Position numbers and translations under genes: made by a program. From Atribacterota bacterium (lineage in GTDB: Bacteria; Atribacterota; Phoenicimicrobiia; Phoenicimicrobiales; Stramentimicrobiaceae), in assembly GCA_028703475.1 (NCBI GenBank), contig JAQVMU010000002.1, positions 29 to 64,028 on the forward strand: 64,000 bases of DNA, written 5' to 3'. This document shows positions 9,477 to 19,403 of the stretch, in pieces. The notes under the pieces were generated by a model. That model searched no databases. It had not been told where the DNA came from and was given only the letters and a program-made list of their open reading frames with translations. Each line of letters begins with the position of its first letter. Positions within the stretch are counted from its first letter, which is position 1.

Positions 9477-10382
9477 TTACCCGGAACTGTTATCTATACA
9501 TTCCTGATTATTGCATAAGCTAAACTCTATCTGAAGATGAGGGTGGTGAATATGAAATTCGTGTTCCAATATTTCTTCAACCTGTTTCCTTATATTATCC
9601 GCTTCACTTAGCCTCAGGTCTTTATTTAAGGTAATGTGGCCTTCAAAAAGAATTCGATTTTCATCAATTTGCCAGACATGAACATGATGGAGATTGTGTA
9701 TTTGAGGAATAATTTCTATCTTCTTTTTTATTTCATCTATATTAATTTTTGCAGGAACTCTCTCCATGAGTATTAGCACACTTTGTTTTAAAATGCTATA
9801 TCCTTGAAACAAAATAAAGGTAGCAATTACAACTGATAAAAGAGAATCAATAAGGTAAAAGTCATAGAAATAGATAATTATTCCACCGATAATTACTGCT
9901 ACCGAGGAAAGTGTATCCCCCATTAGGTGTAAATACGCAGAACGGATATTCAAGCTATTATGTGTCTCTGAATGGAGCAAATATACACTCACCAAATCAG
10001 CAATAAATCCAAAAGTCCCAATCCCTATCATTAAGTGAGTGGTAATTTCCATAGGATTTATAAAGCGTAAATAGGCCTCTCTAAAAAGAAAAAAAGAAAT
10101 TATAACAATTACAGATGAATTTAACAGGGCAGCTAATATTTCTGCCCGCTTATAACCAAAAGTCATTTTTAAATCAGGAGAACGCTGGCCTATCTTTCTA
10201 GCAATATAGCTTATCAAGATTGCCATTCCATCACTAAAGTTATGCAATGCATCTGCCAGCAGTGAAAGACTGCCTGATAAAAGTCCACCAATAATCTCCA
10301 ATAGACTTATAGCAAAATTAAGTATTATAGTGATAATGATTCTTTTATTGCTTTTATTGTTTTGGTGAATATGGTTATGCAT
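9477..10382 (-). CDS. cation diffusion facilitator family metal efflux transporter (CzcD/ZitB-like)
   Basis: Six TM segments with the HNFSDG..L and HLxxD motifs. The cytoplasmic tail is His-rich (HEFHIHHPH) and the N-terminus is His-rich. Confidence 0.85.
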   Translation of the reverse strand: MHNHIHQNNKSNKRIIITIILNFAISLLEIIGGLLSGSLSLLADALHNFSDGMAILISYIARKIGQRSPDLKMTFGYKRAEILAALLNSSVIVIISFFLFREAYLRFINPMEITTHLMIGIGTFGFIADLVSVYLLHSETHNSLNIRSAYLHLMGDTLSSVAVIIGGIIIYFYDFYLIDSLLSVVIATFILFQGYSILKQSVLILMERVPAKINIDEIKKKIEIIPQIHNLHHVHVWQIDENRILFEGHITLNKDLRLSEADNIRKQVEEILEHEFHIHHPHLQIEFSLCNNQECIDNSSG

Positions 10383-10559
10383 TTTTCTTTCTTTTTTTTC
10401 TTACTATAACAAGATAAAATTTTTATATATTTTTACTACAATATAATTCCATATCAGGCAAGGGAAGAAACAATGAGCCAACCGTATTACTAATTAGGAA
10501 AAAGTGTTATCAATAAAATATTTTTAACTATTTTAAATATAGAAAGTTGTCTACTTAAA

Positions 10560-11465
10560 TTATCTGCTACATAAAATTGACAAACCAATGGCATTTAATT
10601 TAGCTTCACTTCTATCTGATCTGGAAGAAATCATTACTGGTACTTGGGCACCAATTACCAGGTTTCCTTCCGGAAAATTGGTATAATACATAATACTTTT
10701 GCCAAGAATATTTCCACAGGCAATATTAGGAACAATTAGGATATCAGCCTGTCCGGCGACAGGTGATTCAATACCTTTTTTCTTTACAGCAAATTCTGAA
10801 ATAGCAACATCAAGTGCTAAAGGTCCATCAATAATACATCCTGGTATCTGCCCTCTTTGATTCATCTTACACAAAATACTTGCCTGTACGGTATCTTCCA
10901 TATCAGGGTTTACCACTTCTACCGCTGCCAACAAGGCTACTTTTGGATTCATAATTCCTAATTTATTGGCTACTGTTACTGCATTTCTAATTACTGAAAT
11001 CATTGTCTTTAAATCCGGTTTAATATTCACTCCTCCATCACTTAACAGTACCATACGGGATTTTCCTTCTCTCTGTTCTTCAAAAACAAAAACATTACTG
11101 ATATGATTTTCAGTTCTTAATCCGGTTTCCTTGTTAAGCACTGCTTTTAGAAGATTGGCAGTTTTTATTTTTCCTTTTAAGAGAATACCACCTTTCTTGA
11201 CTTCTTCCACAGCCACAGGGGCTTTTTCTTCTTCATTTTTAATTGAAACTATGTCCCTGATAAAAGAATGCTCTTTATAACCAAGTTCGTTTAAAGAGCT
11301 TTCAATTTCTTCTTCTTTTCCCACAAGAACAGCCTCACCAATGCCCATCTCATAACTTGCCTTTACGGCCTTCAGTGCTTCTATATCTTCACCTCCGGCA
11401 ATAATAACCCTTTGTCTTTGTTCTTTGCTTAACTTTTGGAAGAGTTGTTGAAAACTTGTTATCAT
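10560..11465 (-). CDS. ptb: phosphate butyryltransferase / phosphate acyltransferase (PTA_PTB family)
   Basis: 301 aa with a Pta/Ptb fold pattern (..LLSDGGVN.., ..GQADILIVPNI..). Sits in an operon context with an aminotransferase and an IOR. Confidence 0.7.
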   Translation of the reverse strand: MITSFQQLFQKLSKEQRQRVIIAGGEDIEALKAVKASYEMGIGEAVLVGKEEEIESSLNELGYKEHSFIRDIVSIKNEEEKAPVAVEEVKKGGILLKGKIKTANLLKAVLNKETGLRTENHISNVFVFEEQREGKSRMVLLSDGGVNIKPDLKTMISVIRNAVTVANKLGIMNPKVALLAAVEVVNPDMEDTVQASILCKMNQRGQIPGCIIDGPLALDVAISEFAVKKKGIESPVAGQADILIVPNIACGNILGKSIMYYTNFPEGNLVIGAQVPVMISSRSDRSEAKLNAIGLSILCSR

Positions 11466-11529
11466 ATTAAATCCTCCTGAGGTTTATAATTATCCATGCT
11501 ATTTAGCTGCTTAATATTATACATGCTAT

Positions 11530-12693
11530 TTAAAAATCTTTAATACCTTTTTTAATCCTTTCTATTCCTTTTTTAATCATATCAACTGAGGTGGCAAATG
11601 AAAAACGCAAATAACCTTCACCGTATTGCCCAAAGGCATTGCCTGGTACAGCAACTACGCCACATTTATCAAGTAAATAAATAGATAAATCATCTGAACT
11701 TGTACCAGTTCTGGTGATATTGGGAAAGGCATAAAAGGCTCCTTCTGGTGTTAGACATTCAAATCCATCAATTTCATTAAGTCCCTTTAAGATAACATCT
11801 CTGCGTTCTTGATATGCAGCACGCATTCTTTCAATGCTTGTTTTAGTTTCTTGCGGGTTTTGCAAGCCATGCAATACAGCCCGCTGTGTAACAGAATTAG
11901 GACAAACAGCAGTATTCTGTTGGATTTTAATCATCTCTTTGATTAAAAATTCTGGACAGGTAAGATAAGCTATGCGCCAACCAGTCATAGCATAGCTTTT
12001 TGAAAATCCAAAAATAGAAATAGTACGTTCTTTCATTTCTGGAAATGATGCTATGCTTAGATGTTCTCTACCATCAAATAAGATATCTTCGTACAGCTCA
12101 TCACTAATAACAAATAAATCATTTTCTTTTGCTATAAATGCTATTTCTTCTAAAACTTCTTTCTTTATTATCATTCCGGTGGGATTACTGGGAGAATTTA
12201 ATAAAATTGCCTTTGTCTTTGTTGTTATCAATTTTCTTAATTCATCAGGATCAATTTGAAAGTTGTTTTTCTCTCTAATTGGTAGAAAAACAGGGTTCCC
12301 ACCAGCTAAAATTACCTGTGAACCATAGATAAGAAAACCAGGATCTGGAACAATCAATTCATCCCCGGGATTCATTAAAGTATAAAAAGCTGTAAATAGA
12401 GCTTGGGTTCCTCCGGAGGTTACCAGTACTTCCTCAGGTTTGCTAGTTATATGATTAAAATTAACTAATTTTTTTGCTAAGGCTTCTCTTAAATCGGCAA
12501 ATCCGGCATTAGGGGTATAATGAGTATACCCTTCTTCAATTGCTCTTTTAGCTGCATCCCGAACATGATCAGGTGTGATAAAATCAGGTTCTCCAATACC
12601 AAAACTGATAATATCCTTTCTATTCTGCGCCAAATCAAACAATTTTCGGATACTCGAGGGTTTTATTCTTTTAAGGTTCTGATTCCATTTCAT
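11530..12693 (-). CDS. pyridoxal-phosphate-dependent aminotransferase, class I (aspartate/aromatic aminotransferase-like)
   Basis: 387 aa with the PLP-Lys motif SKSYAMTGWRIAY and fold-type I N-terminal motifs. Confidence 0.85.
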   Translation of the reverse strand: MKWNQNLKRIKPSSIRKLFDLAQNRKDIISFGIGEPDFITPDHVRDAAKRAIEEGYTHYTPNAGFADLREALAKKLVNFNHITSKPEEVLVTSGGTQALFTAFYTLMNPGDELIVPDPGFLIYGSQVILAGGNPVFLPIREKNNFQIDPDELRKLITTKTKAILLNSPSNPTGMIIKKEVLEEIAFIAKENDLFVISDELYEDILFDGREHLSIASFPEMKERTISIFGFSKSYAMTGWRIAYLTCPEFLIKEMIKIQQNTAVCPNSVTQRAVLHGLQNPQETKTSIERMRAAYQERRDVILKGLNEIDGFECLTPEGAFYAFPNITRTGTSSDDLSIYLLDKCGVVAVPGNAFGQYGEGYLRFSFATSVDMIKKGIERIKKGIKDF

Positions 12694-12729
12694 AATTATC
12701 CTCCTCCAAAGTTCATTTATAAAACCATT

Positions 12730-13332
12730 TTACTCAGAAAATAACTCTTTATATCCCAATTCTAATGCCTTAAGATTAATATCAATCATCCTGACAGGTA
12801 AATTCTTTTTAACAGATTCTATAACAATCTTTCTGCTAATAGGGAATCCGGGAATTGCAAGTGCTGCTCCCAGGATCACAATATTTGCAGTAATTAAATG
12901 ACCAGCTTCTTTTGCTAATTTTTCAGCATCAATTAAATAAAAATTGTTTATCTCTTTTTTCAGCTTATCAAGCATCCGTTTTTTTTCAGGATATGTGGAT
13001 ATACCAAGAGAGACTGTAAAAGGCACTATTGTAGAGCTATTAGCTATAACCTGGGTTTGTTCACCAATTTTATCCAGGGTTCTTAATATTTCTGAAGGTT
13101 CAAAAGCCAGGACTAAATTTGCAGCATTCCTTTCAATAAGAGGACTCTCTGCCTGTCCTATTTTCATTTCAGTGACAACTGTTCCCCCACGCTGCGCCAT
13201 ACCATGAACTTCACTCATTACCACATTTAATCCCTGGGACATGGCTGCTTCTCCAATAATGGTAGCAGTTTTTATGGTACCCTGCCCACCAATGCCAATC
13301 AAATAAATCTTATAACATTTTTTTGAAATCAT
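12730..13332 (-). CDS. iorB: indolepyruvate ferredoxin oxidoreductase subunit beta (POR gamma-type domain)
   Basis: IGIGGQGT motif. The start is chosen at the ATG forming an ATGA overlap with the iorA stop. The longer 220 aa frame would overlap iorA by 63 nt. Confidence 0.7.
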   Translation of the reverse strand: MISKKCYKIYLIGIGGQGTIKTATIIGEAAMSQGLNVVMSEVHGMAQRGGTVVTEMKIGQAESPLIERNAANLVLAFEPSEILRTLDKIGEQTQVIANSSTIVPFTVSLGISTYPEKKRMLDKLKKEINNFYLIDAEKLAKEAGHLITANIVILGAALAIPGFPISRKIVIESVKKNLPVRMIDINLKALELGYKELFSE

Positions 13333-15185
13333 TTTTTCACCTCTATTGCTTTCTGGGGACATACCTGTACACATACTCCGCATCCTGTGCATAATAATTC
13401 ATTAATATGGATGGACCCATCATCTTTTTTATAAATAGCAGGGCAGTTAAATTGTTTTAAACAAATCTGACACCGGGTACACTTTTCCTGATTAATCTGA
13501 AAATTCGGTCTCTTTTCTTTGCTTTTTAGCATAATACATGGGGAACGGGAAATTACTACTGATACACCCTTATATTGCAATGCTTCTTTAAAAATCTCAG
13601 TCGCCTTTTTAATATTCCCCGGATTTATAACAGCTACATACCCGGCACCAGTTGCTTTGGCCAATTCTTCTATGGAAATTACAGGGGTTTCTTCCCCCCA
13701 TCCATCCAAAGGAATACTTGGATTTGGTTGGCCTCCTGTCATTGCTGTAATACGATTATCCAAAACAACTACCATGATATTTGCTCTATTGTGAACCGCA
13801 TTAATAAGAGGCGGTATTCCGGCATGAAAGAAGGTTGAATCTCCAATAAGTGAAATAACTTTCTGTTTGGTTGCTTTGGCCATTCCACTGCCAATGCCAA
13901 TACTGGATCCCATGCAAATACAATAATCTGCCATATTATAGGGTGGTTGCATTGCAAGTGTATAACATCCTATATCATTGGAATAAATAACATCTTCATC
14001 TCTTATTTTTAGACTGTTAACCGCCTTTTTAATAGCGTAAATACTGGAGCGATGCGGACATCCCGGACATAGCACCGGGGGCCGGAATGGCGGTTCGATA
14101 TCAATATTTTTATCTGTTTGTTCGGGTAAATTAAAATTTACCACCTTTGCTATTGATTCAGCAATAATATCCGGATTATATTCATATATTCTTGGAAATG
14201 TATCGTCTAACTTTCCATGTACCTTTATTTTTTTATATTCCTTCCCTATTAATGCCAGTACTTCTTTTTCTATAAAAGGTTCAACTTCCTCAACAATTAT
14301 TACCCTCTCCAACCCGTCCAGAAATTTTCTTACCAATCCTCTGGGGAAAGGATAGCTTAAGCCCAGCTTAAGAATGTTAACCTGTAAATTATTTTCATTA
14401 ACAACATCAATCACATAATTATATGGCGCTCCACTGGTAATAACTCCTGTTTTACTGTTACATTCCTTAACAATTTGATTAACCGTTGAGTTATTAGCAA
14501 CTTCTTCTATCTGCTGAAGTTTTTCAACCAGGGATTTTCGCAGTTTTCTTGCAAATGCCGGTGCTATATTAAATCTGTTTTCTTCTTTCTCAAAAAATCC
14601 TTCCTTGTTCTTTTTCTTTATATCACCTAACTTTACTATAGCACGCATATGAGAGACTCTGGTTGTGGTGCGCATTAAGACAGGTATTTGAAATTGTTCA
14701 GATATTTCTATTCCATAATGCATAAGGTCTTTTACTTCCTGGGGGTTAGCAGGTTCTAATACCGGAACCCCTGCCATCTGGGCAAAAAGTCTGTTATCCT
14801 GCTCATTCTGGGATGAATGCATGGAGGGATCATCAGCCGAAAGTATAATCATGCCACCACGAACACCTGTATAGGCTGTACTCATAAAAGCATCGGCAGC
14901 TACATTTAATCCAACATGTTTCATAAAAACAAATGACCTTAAACCCGATGCAGCTGCAGCAGCTGAAACTTCCAATGCCACTTTTTCGTTTACGGAAAAC
15001 TCAAAATATACTCCTGCTTTTTTGGCTATTTTTGCCAGAACATTACCGATTTCAGAAGAGGGGGTACCTGGATAGGTTGAAGTAAAAGTGATACCTGCTT
15101 CCAATGCACCTCTGACTGCAGCTTCATTACCAAGCAAAAATAATTTTTCATCTTTCTTTTTTTCTAAAATATCTTCGATTTTCAA
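13329..15185 (-). CDS. iorA: indolepyruvate ferredoxin oxidoreductase subunit alpha (TPP-binding, 2x[4Fe-4S] ferredoxin domain)
   Basis: 618 aa with N-terminal POR alpha-like and TPP-binding (GDSTFFHAG) regions. The C-terminus carries two CxxCxxCxxxCP ferredoxin motifs. Confidence 0.8.
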   Translation of the reverse strand: MKIEDILEKKKDEKLFLLGNEAAVRGALEAGITFTSTYPGTPSSEIGNVLAKIAKKAGVYFEFSVNEKVALEVSAAAAASGLRSFVFMKHVGLNVAADAFMSTAYTGVRGGMIILSADDPSMHSSQNEQDNRLFAQMAGVPVLEPANPQEVKDLMHYGIEISEQFQIPVLMRTTTRVSHMRAIVKLGDIKKKNKEGFFEKEENRFNIAPAFARKLRKSLVEKLQQIEEVANNSTVNQIVKECNSKTGVITSGAPYNYVIDVVNENNLQVNILKLGLSYPFPRGLVRKFLDGLERVIIVEEVEPFIEKEVLALIGKEYKKIKVHGKLDDTFPRIYEYNPDIIAESIAKVVNFNLPEQTDKNIDIEPPFRPPVLCPGCPHRSSIYAIKKAVNSLKIRDEDVIYSNDIGCYTLAMQPPYNMADYCICMGSSIGIGSGMAKATKQKVISLIGDSTFFHAGIPPLINAVHNRANIMVVVLDNRITAMTGGQPNPSIPLDGWGEETPVISIEELAKATGAGYVAVINPGNIKKATEIFKEALQYKGVSVVISRSPCIMLKSKEKRPNFQINQEKCTRCQICLKQFNCPAIYKKDDGSIHINELLCTGCGVCVQVCPQKAIEVKK

Positions 15186-15259
15186 TTTATCACTCCCATT
15201 CGTTTAAACTTATTCTTATTTCACTACTGTATTCTTATGAATTATAGAATCATTAAATA

Positions 15260-16045
15260 TCAATCTATAAAAACTTTTGGTATTTTAATATTTTCAACAG
15301 TATTTTTCAGTGATTTAATCATTTTCCCTAAAATAACCGGGTTCATGCGGGCAGTTGGGAGGCTAAAACTAAGGGATGCAGCTATACTTCCCTCTTCATC
15401 AAAAATCGGGGCTGCAATACAGCACACTCCCGGACGGTATTCTTCACTTACAAAACTATAACCCTGTTTACGGATTTTTTGAAATATTTTTACAAGTTGT
15501 TCAGTATCTGTTATTGTCTTAGGAGTATAGGTTTTAAAATTCCCCTTATTTAAAAAGCTATTTAAAACCTCTTCATTCTGGTAAGCTAATAATATCCTGC
15601 CCAGAGCAGTACAATGAACAGGCTGGTATGTACCAACCTTAAAATCAAGTTTCAAGGCATGAGGGGATTCAATATTATGCAGATATACTACTTTGTCCTG
15701 TTCTAAAACTGCCAGGTTGACCATTTCTTTGTATTCTTTTGCCAGTTGTTTCATATGTGGGATAATTTCTGTTATATGCAGTTTTTCATTCAATACTATT
15801 CCTATTTTAGAAAATTTATAGGTAAGATAATATTTTCGATTGATGCGATTGTGCCCGACATAACCAAGAGATCTTAATGTTCCCAATAACCTGTAAACCG
15901 TACCCTTTGGCAATTGGGCTTCTCTCACTATTTCTGCAATAGAATATTCCATTTTGCCTTTAGCCAACATTTCAATAATTGAAAAGGCAAAAATGACAGA
16001 ACGTACCGGATATTTAAAGGAGACAATAATATTCTGTTGTTTCAT
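15260..16045 (-). CDS. IclR-family transcriptional regulator
   Basis: N-terminal wHTH (..AEIVREAQLPKGTVYRLLGTL..) and C-terminal IclR effector domain. Lies upstream of and co-directional with iorAB. Confidence 0.8.
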   Translation of the reverse strand: MKQQNIIVSFKYPVRSVIFAFSIIEMLAKGKMEYSIAEIVREAQLPKGTVYRLLGTLRSLGYVGHNRINRKYYLTYKFSKIGIVLNEKLHITEIIPHMKQLAKEYKEMVNLAVLEQDKVVYLHNIESPHALKLDFKVGTYQPVHCTALGRILLAYQNEEVLNSFLNKGNFKTYTPKTITDTEQLVKIFQKIRKQGYSFVSEEYRPGVCCIAAPIFDEEGSIAASLSFSLPTARMNPVILGKMIKSLKNTVENIKIPKVFID

Positions 16046-16121
16046 TATTTAAACCTTTTGTTTCATATAACAAACTATATTATTATAACATAGTTTAAAC
16101 AATTTTTCCTAGTGTAATAAT

Positions 16122-16610
16122 TTAGGACATTCTGCTATTTTTCAAAAGGTTATAAATTTCATATATTCCAACACTTTTATAGTCGTGGTACAGGTTAAAC
16201 TCAAGCTTCCTTGTTCTATTTTTTTCTGCTTGGGATTGAACGTATTTCCGAATCAGTTTTTCATTGATTTCTACAGTTGAGAATAAATACCCTTTTTTCT
16301 AAATGCCTTTTTATTCCTGTATAACTTTTTCAAAAGGTGAATTTTCTGCTGAGGGATTTGTTGATATTATTCTTAATGGTTTCTGTTAATTTGCTCACCG
16401 TATATTTCAGAGGAATTACAATATACAGATGAGCATGATCTGACTTTATTCTGATTTTCTGGTATTCTCAATCAGGATAATATTTTATTATTTCTTATAA
16501 CTTTATCTCCAAATAAATATTTACCCCTATGACCAAGATATTTCTCAGGTAACAAGTTATCCAGATGATATGATGATAGGTTTTACATACATTATGGATT
16601 GACTTCTATA
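16122..16610 (-). pseudogene. tnpA: IS200/IS605-family transposase TnpA (Y1/HUH) remnant, disrupted by in-frame stops and frameshifts
   Basis: Minus-strand translation gives ..SYHLDNLLPEKYLGHRGKYLFGDKVIRNNKILS*EYQKIRIKSDHAHLYIVIPLKYTVSKLTETIKNNINKSLSRKF.., then GYLFSTVEIN in a shifted frame, then ..LIRKYVQSQAEKN... Motif order matches IS200 TnpA (YHIVW..KYRR.., ..DHVHLLV.IPPK.SVS.., ..GY.VDTVG.., ..IRKYIQNQ..). Multiple TGA/TAA stops break the frame. Confidence 0.55.
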
Positions 16611-16667
16611 ATTTCATACTTTTTATTATATCAAAGAACGACCGGAAGATTACAAAAAAGAGTTCTA

Positions 16668-16691
16668 CTCCCCACCTTTACAGGTGGGGAG
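16668..16691 (-). terminator. GC-rich hairpin (9-bp perfect stem CTCCCCACC/GGTGGGGAG) just downstream of the malic enzyme gene
   Basis: Perfect inverted repeat 21 nt after the stop of the 16712..17887 gene. On the minus strand a T6 run follows after a 7-nt spacer. Confidence 0.45.
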
Positions 16692-16711
16692 TTCTTGCTT
16701 GATTTAAAACA

Positions 16712-17887
16712 TTAAATCCTTGCCACACCTGTATCCATAGCTGCCTGAGCAACTGCTTCGGCTTCTTTCTTCATTACTTCCGGATGGAAAACATTAGGGA
16801 TAATGTTTTCCTCATTAAGTTGGTCTTCTGGTATTACTGATGCAATAGCATTGGCTGCTGCTAATTTCATCTCTTCATTAATTTCACTGGCTCTTACTTT
16901 TAAAGCACCTTTAAAGATTGCTGGGAAACCTAAACAATTATTTACCTGGTTCGGGAAATCTGAACGACCTGTAGCAATAATACGGGCACCACCTGCTTTT
17001 GCTTCATCCGGTAATATTTCCGGAGTTGGGTTAGCCATTGCAAAAATAATTGGGTCATCGGCCATTGTTTTAACCATATCCCGGTTAACAACATTAGGTG
17101 CTGATAAACCTAAAAATACATCTGCATCAACTAATGCGTCTGCTAAGCTTCCTTTAACTTTGCCTTTATTAGTAATTTTAGCCATTTCTTCTTTGGCAGA
17201 ATTCATATTATTTTCTCTGCCTTCATAAATAGCTCCTTTTGAATCACATAAAATAACATTCTGTGCGCCAGCTGACATAATAAATTTGGCTACTGCTATA
17301 GAAGCAGATCCGGCTCCATTGACAACTATCTTAGCATTCTCAAGTTTTTTATTAACCAGTTTAAGTGCATTTAATAATCCTGACAAAACAACAACTGCAG
17401 TACCATGCTGGTCATCGTGGAAAACAGGGATATCTAATGTTTCTTTTAGTCTTCTTTCGATTTCAAAGCAACGTGGTGCACTAATATCTTCCAGGTTAAT
17501 ACCGCCAAAAACTGGTGCTATCAAGGTTACAGCTTCAATTATTTTTTCAGGATCTTTTGTAGAAAGGCAAATAGGAAATGCGTCCACACCTGCAAAATAT
17601 TTAAAGAGAACTGCCTTTCCTTCCATTACCGGTATAGCTGCTTCAGGTCCAATATCACCAAGGCCTAATACTGCTGTTCCATCAGAAACAACTGCAACCA
17701 TATTGCCTTTTGAGGTATATTCATATACTTTAGAAACATCCTCATTGATCTTACGGCAAGGTTCAGCAACACCAGGTGTATATACTACAGCTAAATCGTG
17801 CATATCTTTAATTTTTGTCTTACTGATAACTTCAATTTTGCCCTTATTCTCACTATGTAATTTTAGGGCTTCTTGATTGATGTCCAT
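16712..17887 (-). CDS. NAD(P)-dependent malic enzyme (oxaloacetate-decarboxylating malate dehydrogenase), short prokaryotic form
   Basis: 391 aa with the malic enzyme N-terminal domain and an NAD-binding GAGSASIAVAKF (GxGxxG) motif. Confidence 0.85.
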   Translation of the reverse strand: MDINQEALKLHSENKGKIEVISKTKIKDMHDLAVVYTPGVAEPCRKINEDVSKVYEYTSKGNMVAVVSDGTAVLGLGDIGPEAAIPVMEGKAVLFKYFAGVDAFPICLSTKDPEKIIEAVTLIAPVFGGINLEDISAPRCFEIERRLKETLDIPVFHDDQHGTAVVVLSGLLNALKLVNKKLENAKIVVNGAGSASIAVAKFIMSAGAQNVILCDSKGAIYEGRENNMNSAKEEMAKITNKGKVKGSLADALVDADVFLGLSAPNVVNRDMVKTMADDPIIFAMANPTPEILPDEAKAGGARIIATGRSDFPNQVNNCLGFPAIFKGALKVRASEINEEMKLAAANAIASVIPEDQLNEENIIPNVFHPEVMKKEAEAVAQAAMDTGVARI

Positions 17888-17963
17888 AATAATTATCTCC
17901 TTTTATTACTTTTTATTAAGTATATTTATTATTAATTATATTTTTTATATTTGTTTAAATTAA

Positions 17964-18521
17964 TTATTCAGTACTATATTTAGGTGGTTCACTCTCATAC
18001 AAATTATTCCCATAAGAATCGATACAAACAATTGCAGGAAAATCTTCGACCAAATAGCGATGTATGGCTTCTGCACCTAAATCAGGATAAGCGATAACTT
18101 CAGATTTTTTTATACTCTGGGCAATTAAGGCAGCTGCTCCGCCAATTGCGGCAAAATATACAGCCTTGTTTTTTTTCATACTTTCAACAACTTCTTTTGA
18201 ACGAAGTCCTTTTCCTATCATGCCTTTTAATCCATTTTCCAAAAGGGCTGGAGTATAAGGATCCATTCGATAACTGGTAGTTGGCCCGGCAGGTCCGCAA
18301 GCATATCCTGGTTTCGCTGGAGCAGGACCAACATAATAAATGATTTGTCCTACTATTGGAACAGGTAACTCTTTTCCTTCTTTTATTAATTCAAAAAGTC
18401 TTTTGTGTGCAGCATCTCTTCCAGTATACACATAACCTGAAATTTTTACTGAATCGCCGGCTTTTAGTTGTTGTACTATAGAATCATCCAGGGGTGTTTT
18501 TATTTTAATTACTTCAGACAT
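17964..18521 (-). CDS. fumB: fumarate hydratase class I (Fe-S hydro-lyase, tartrate/fumarate type) beta subunit
   Basis: 185 aa C-terminal-domain-type subunit immediately downstream of the alpha subunit gene. Confidence 0.8.
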   Translation of the reverse strand: MSEVIKIKTPLDDSIVQQLKAGDSVKISGYVYTGRDAAHKRLFELIKEGKELPVPIVGQIIYYVGPAPAKPGYACGPAGPTTSYRMDPYTPALLENGLKGMIGKGLRSKEVVESMKKNKAVYFAAIGGAAALIAQSIKKSEVIAYPDLGAEAIHRYLVEDFPAIVCIDSYGNNLYESEPPKYSTE

Positions 18522-18549
18522 TAATTATTATCTCCTTCCATCAATAATA

Positions 18550-19395
18550 TCATATCTCGCCATAAGCATGACGTGTTGCATGACAGCAAACATTTACAGC
18601 AACTGGCATCCCTGCTATATGGGTAGGCAAATAATCGATGTTTACAGCTAATGAAGTTGTACTTCCACCTAATCCTCCTGGTCCAATGCCAAGTTTATTA
18701 ATTCTCTCTAATGCTTCTTCTTCCATTTGAGCATATTTAGGATTTGGATTATGCTGACCAATCGTACGGGCAATAGCTTTTTTAGCTATAACCATGGCCT
18801 TATCAGCGGTTCCTCCAACACCTACACCCAATACTGTTGGTGGACATGGATTAGGTCCTGCTTTTCTTACTGTATCAACGATAAAATCAACAACGCCTTT
18901 AGCACCGTGAGCTGCTGTTAGCATGGCTAAAGAACTCATATTTTCACTGCCGAAACCTTTAGGCATAACAAGTATTTTGATTTTATCTCCGGGAATTATT
19001 TCATTGTAAATAAAAGCCGGGGTATTATTCTTGGTATTCTTTCTGTCAAATACAGGATCGTCTACAACGGATTTCCTTAGATAGCCATCCTCATAAGCTT
19101 CTTCTACACCTTTATTTATTGCTTCCTTATAATCTCCATCTACAATACATACTTCCTGCCCAATCTCTACAAATAAGACTGCTAATCCTGTATCCTGACA
19201 TATGGCTAATTCTTTTGAAGAAGCCAGTCGATTATTATCAATAATCATTTTTAAGGCATCTTTTCCTACTTTAGATTTTTCATTTTGCCAGGCTTTTTCA
19301 AGTGCATCCAATACATCTGTGCCAATATTAAAATTTGCCTGCAAGAATAATTCTTTAACCTTGCTAGAAATTTTACTAGCCTCTATCTTTCTCAT
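18550..19395 (-). CDS. fumA: fumarate hydratase class I (Fe-S hydro-lyase) alpha subunit
   Basis: 281 aa with the Fe-S hydro-lyase CQDTG motif. Confidence 0.85.
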   Translation of the reverse strand: MRKIEASKISSKVKELFLQANFNIGTDVLDALEKAWQNEKSKVGKDALKMIIDNNRLASSKELAICQDTGLAVLFVEIGQEVCIVDGDYKEAINKGVEEAYEDGYLRKSVVDDPVFDRKNTKNNTPAFIYNEIIPGDKIKILVMPKGFGSENMSSLAMLTAAHGAKGVVDFIVDTVRKAGPNPCPPTVLGVGVGGTADKAMVIAKKAIARTIGQHNPNPKYAQMEEEALERINKLGIGPGGLGGSTTSLAVNIDYLPTHIAGMPVAVNVCCHATRHAYGEI

Positions 19396-19403
19396 CCTTT
19401 ATA

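Noticed and set aside
16803-17876. Two long plus-strand ORFs (141 and 196 aa, Ala/Ser/Thr-rich) antisense to the malic enzyme gene.
   Set aside because: They are low-complexity translations of the complementary strand of a well-supported enzyme gene, with no RBS and no family resemblance. Similar antisense ORFs inside fumC, cca, mnmE, dnaA, gyrB and gyrA were rejected for the same reason.
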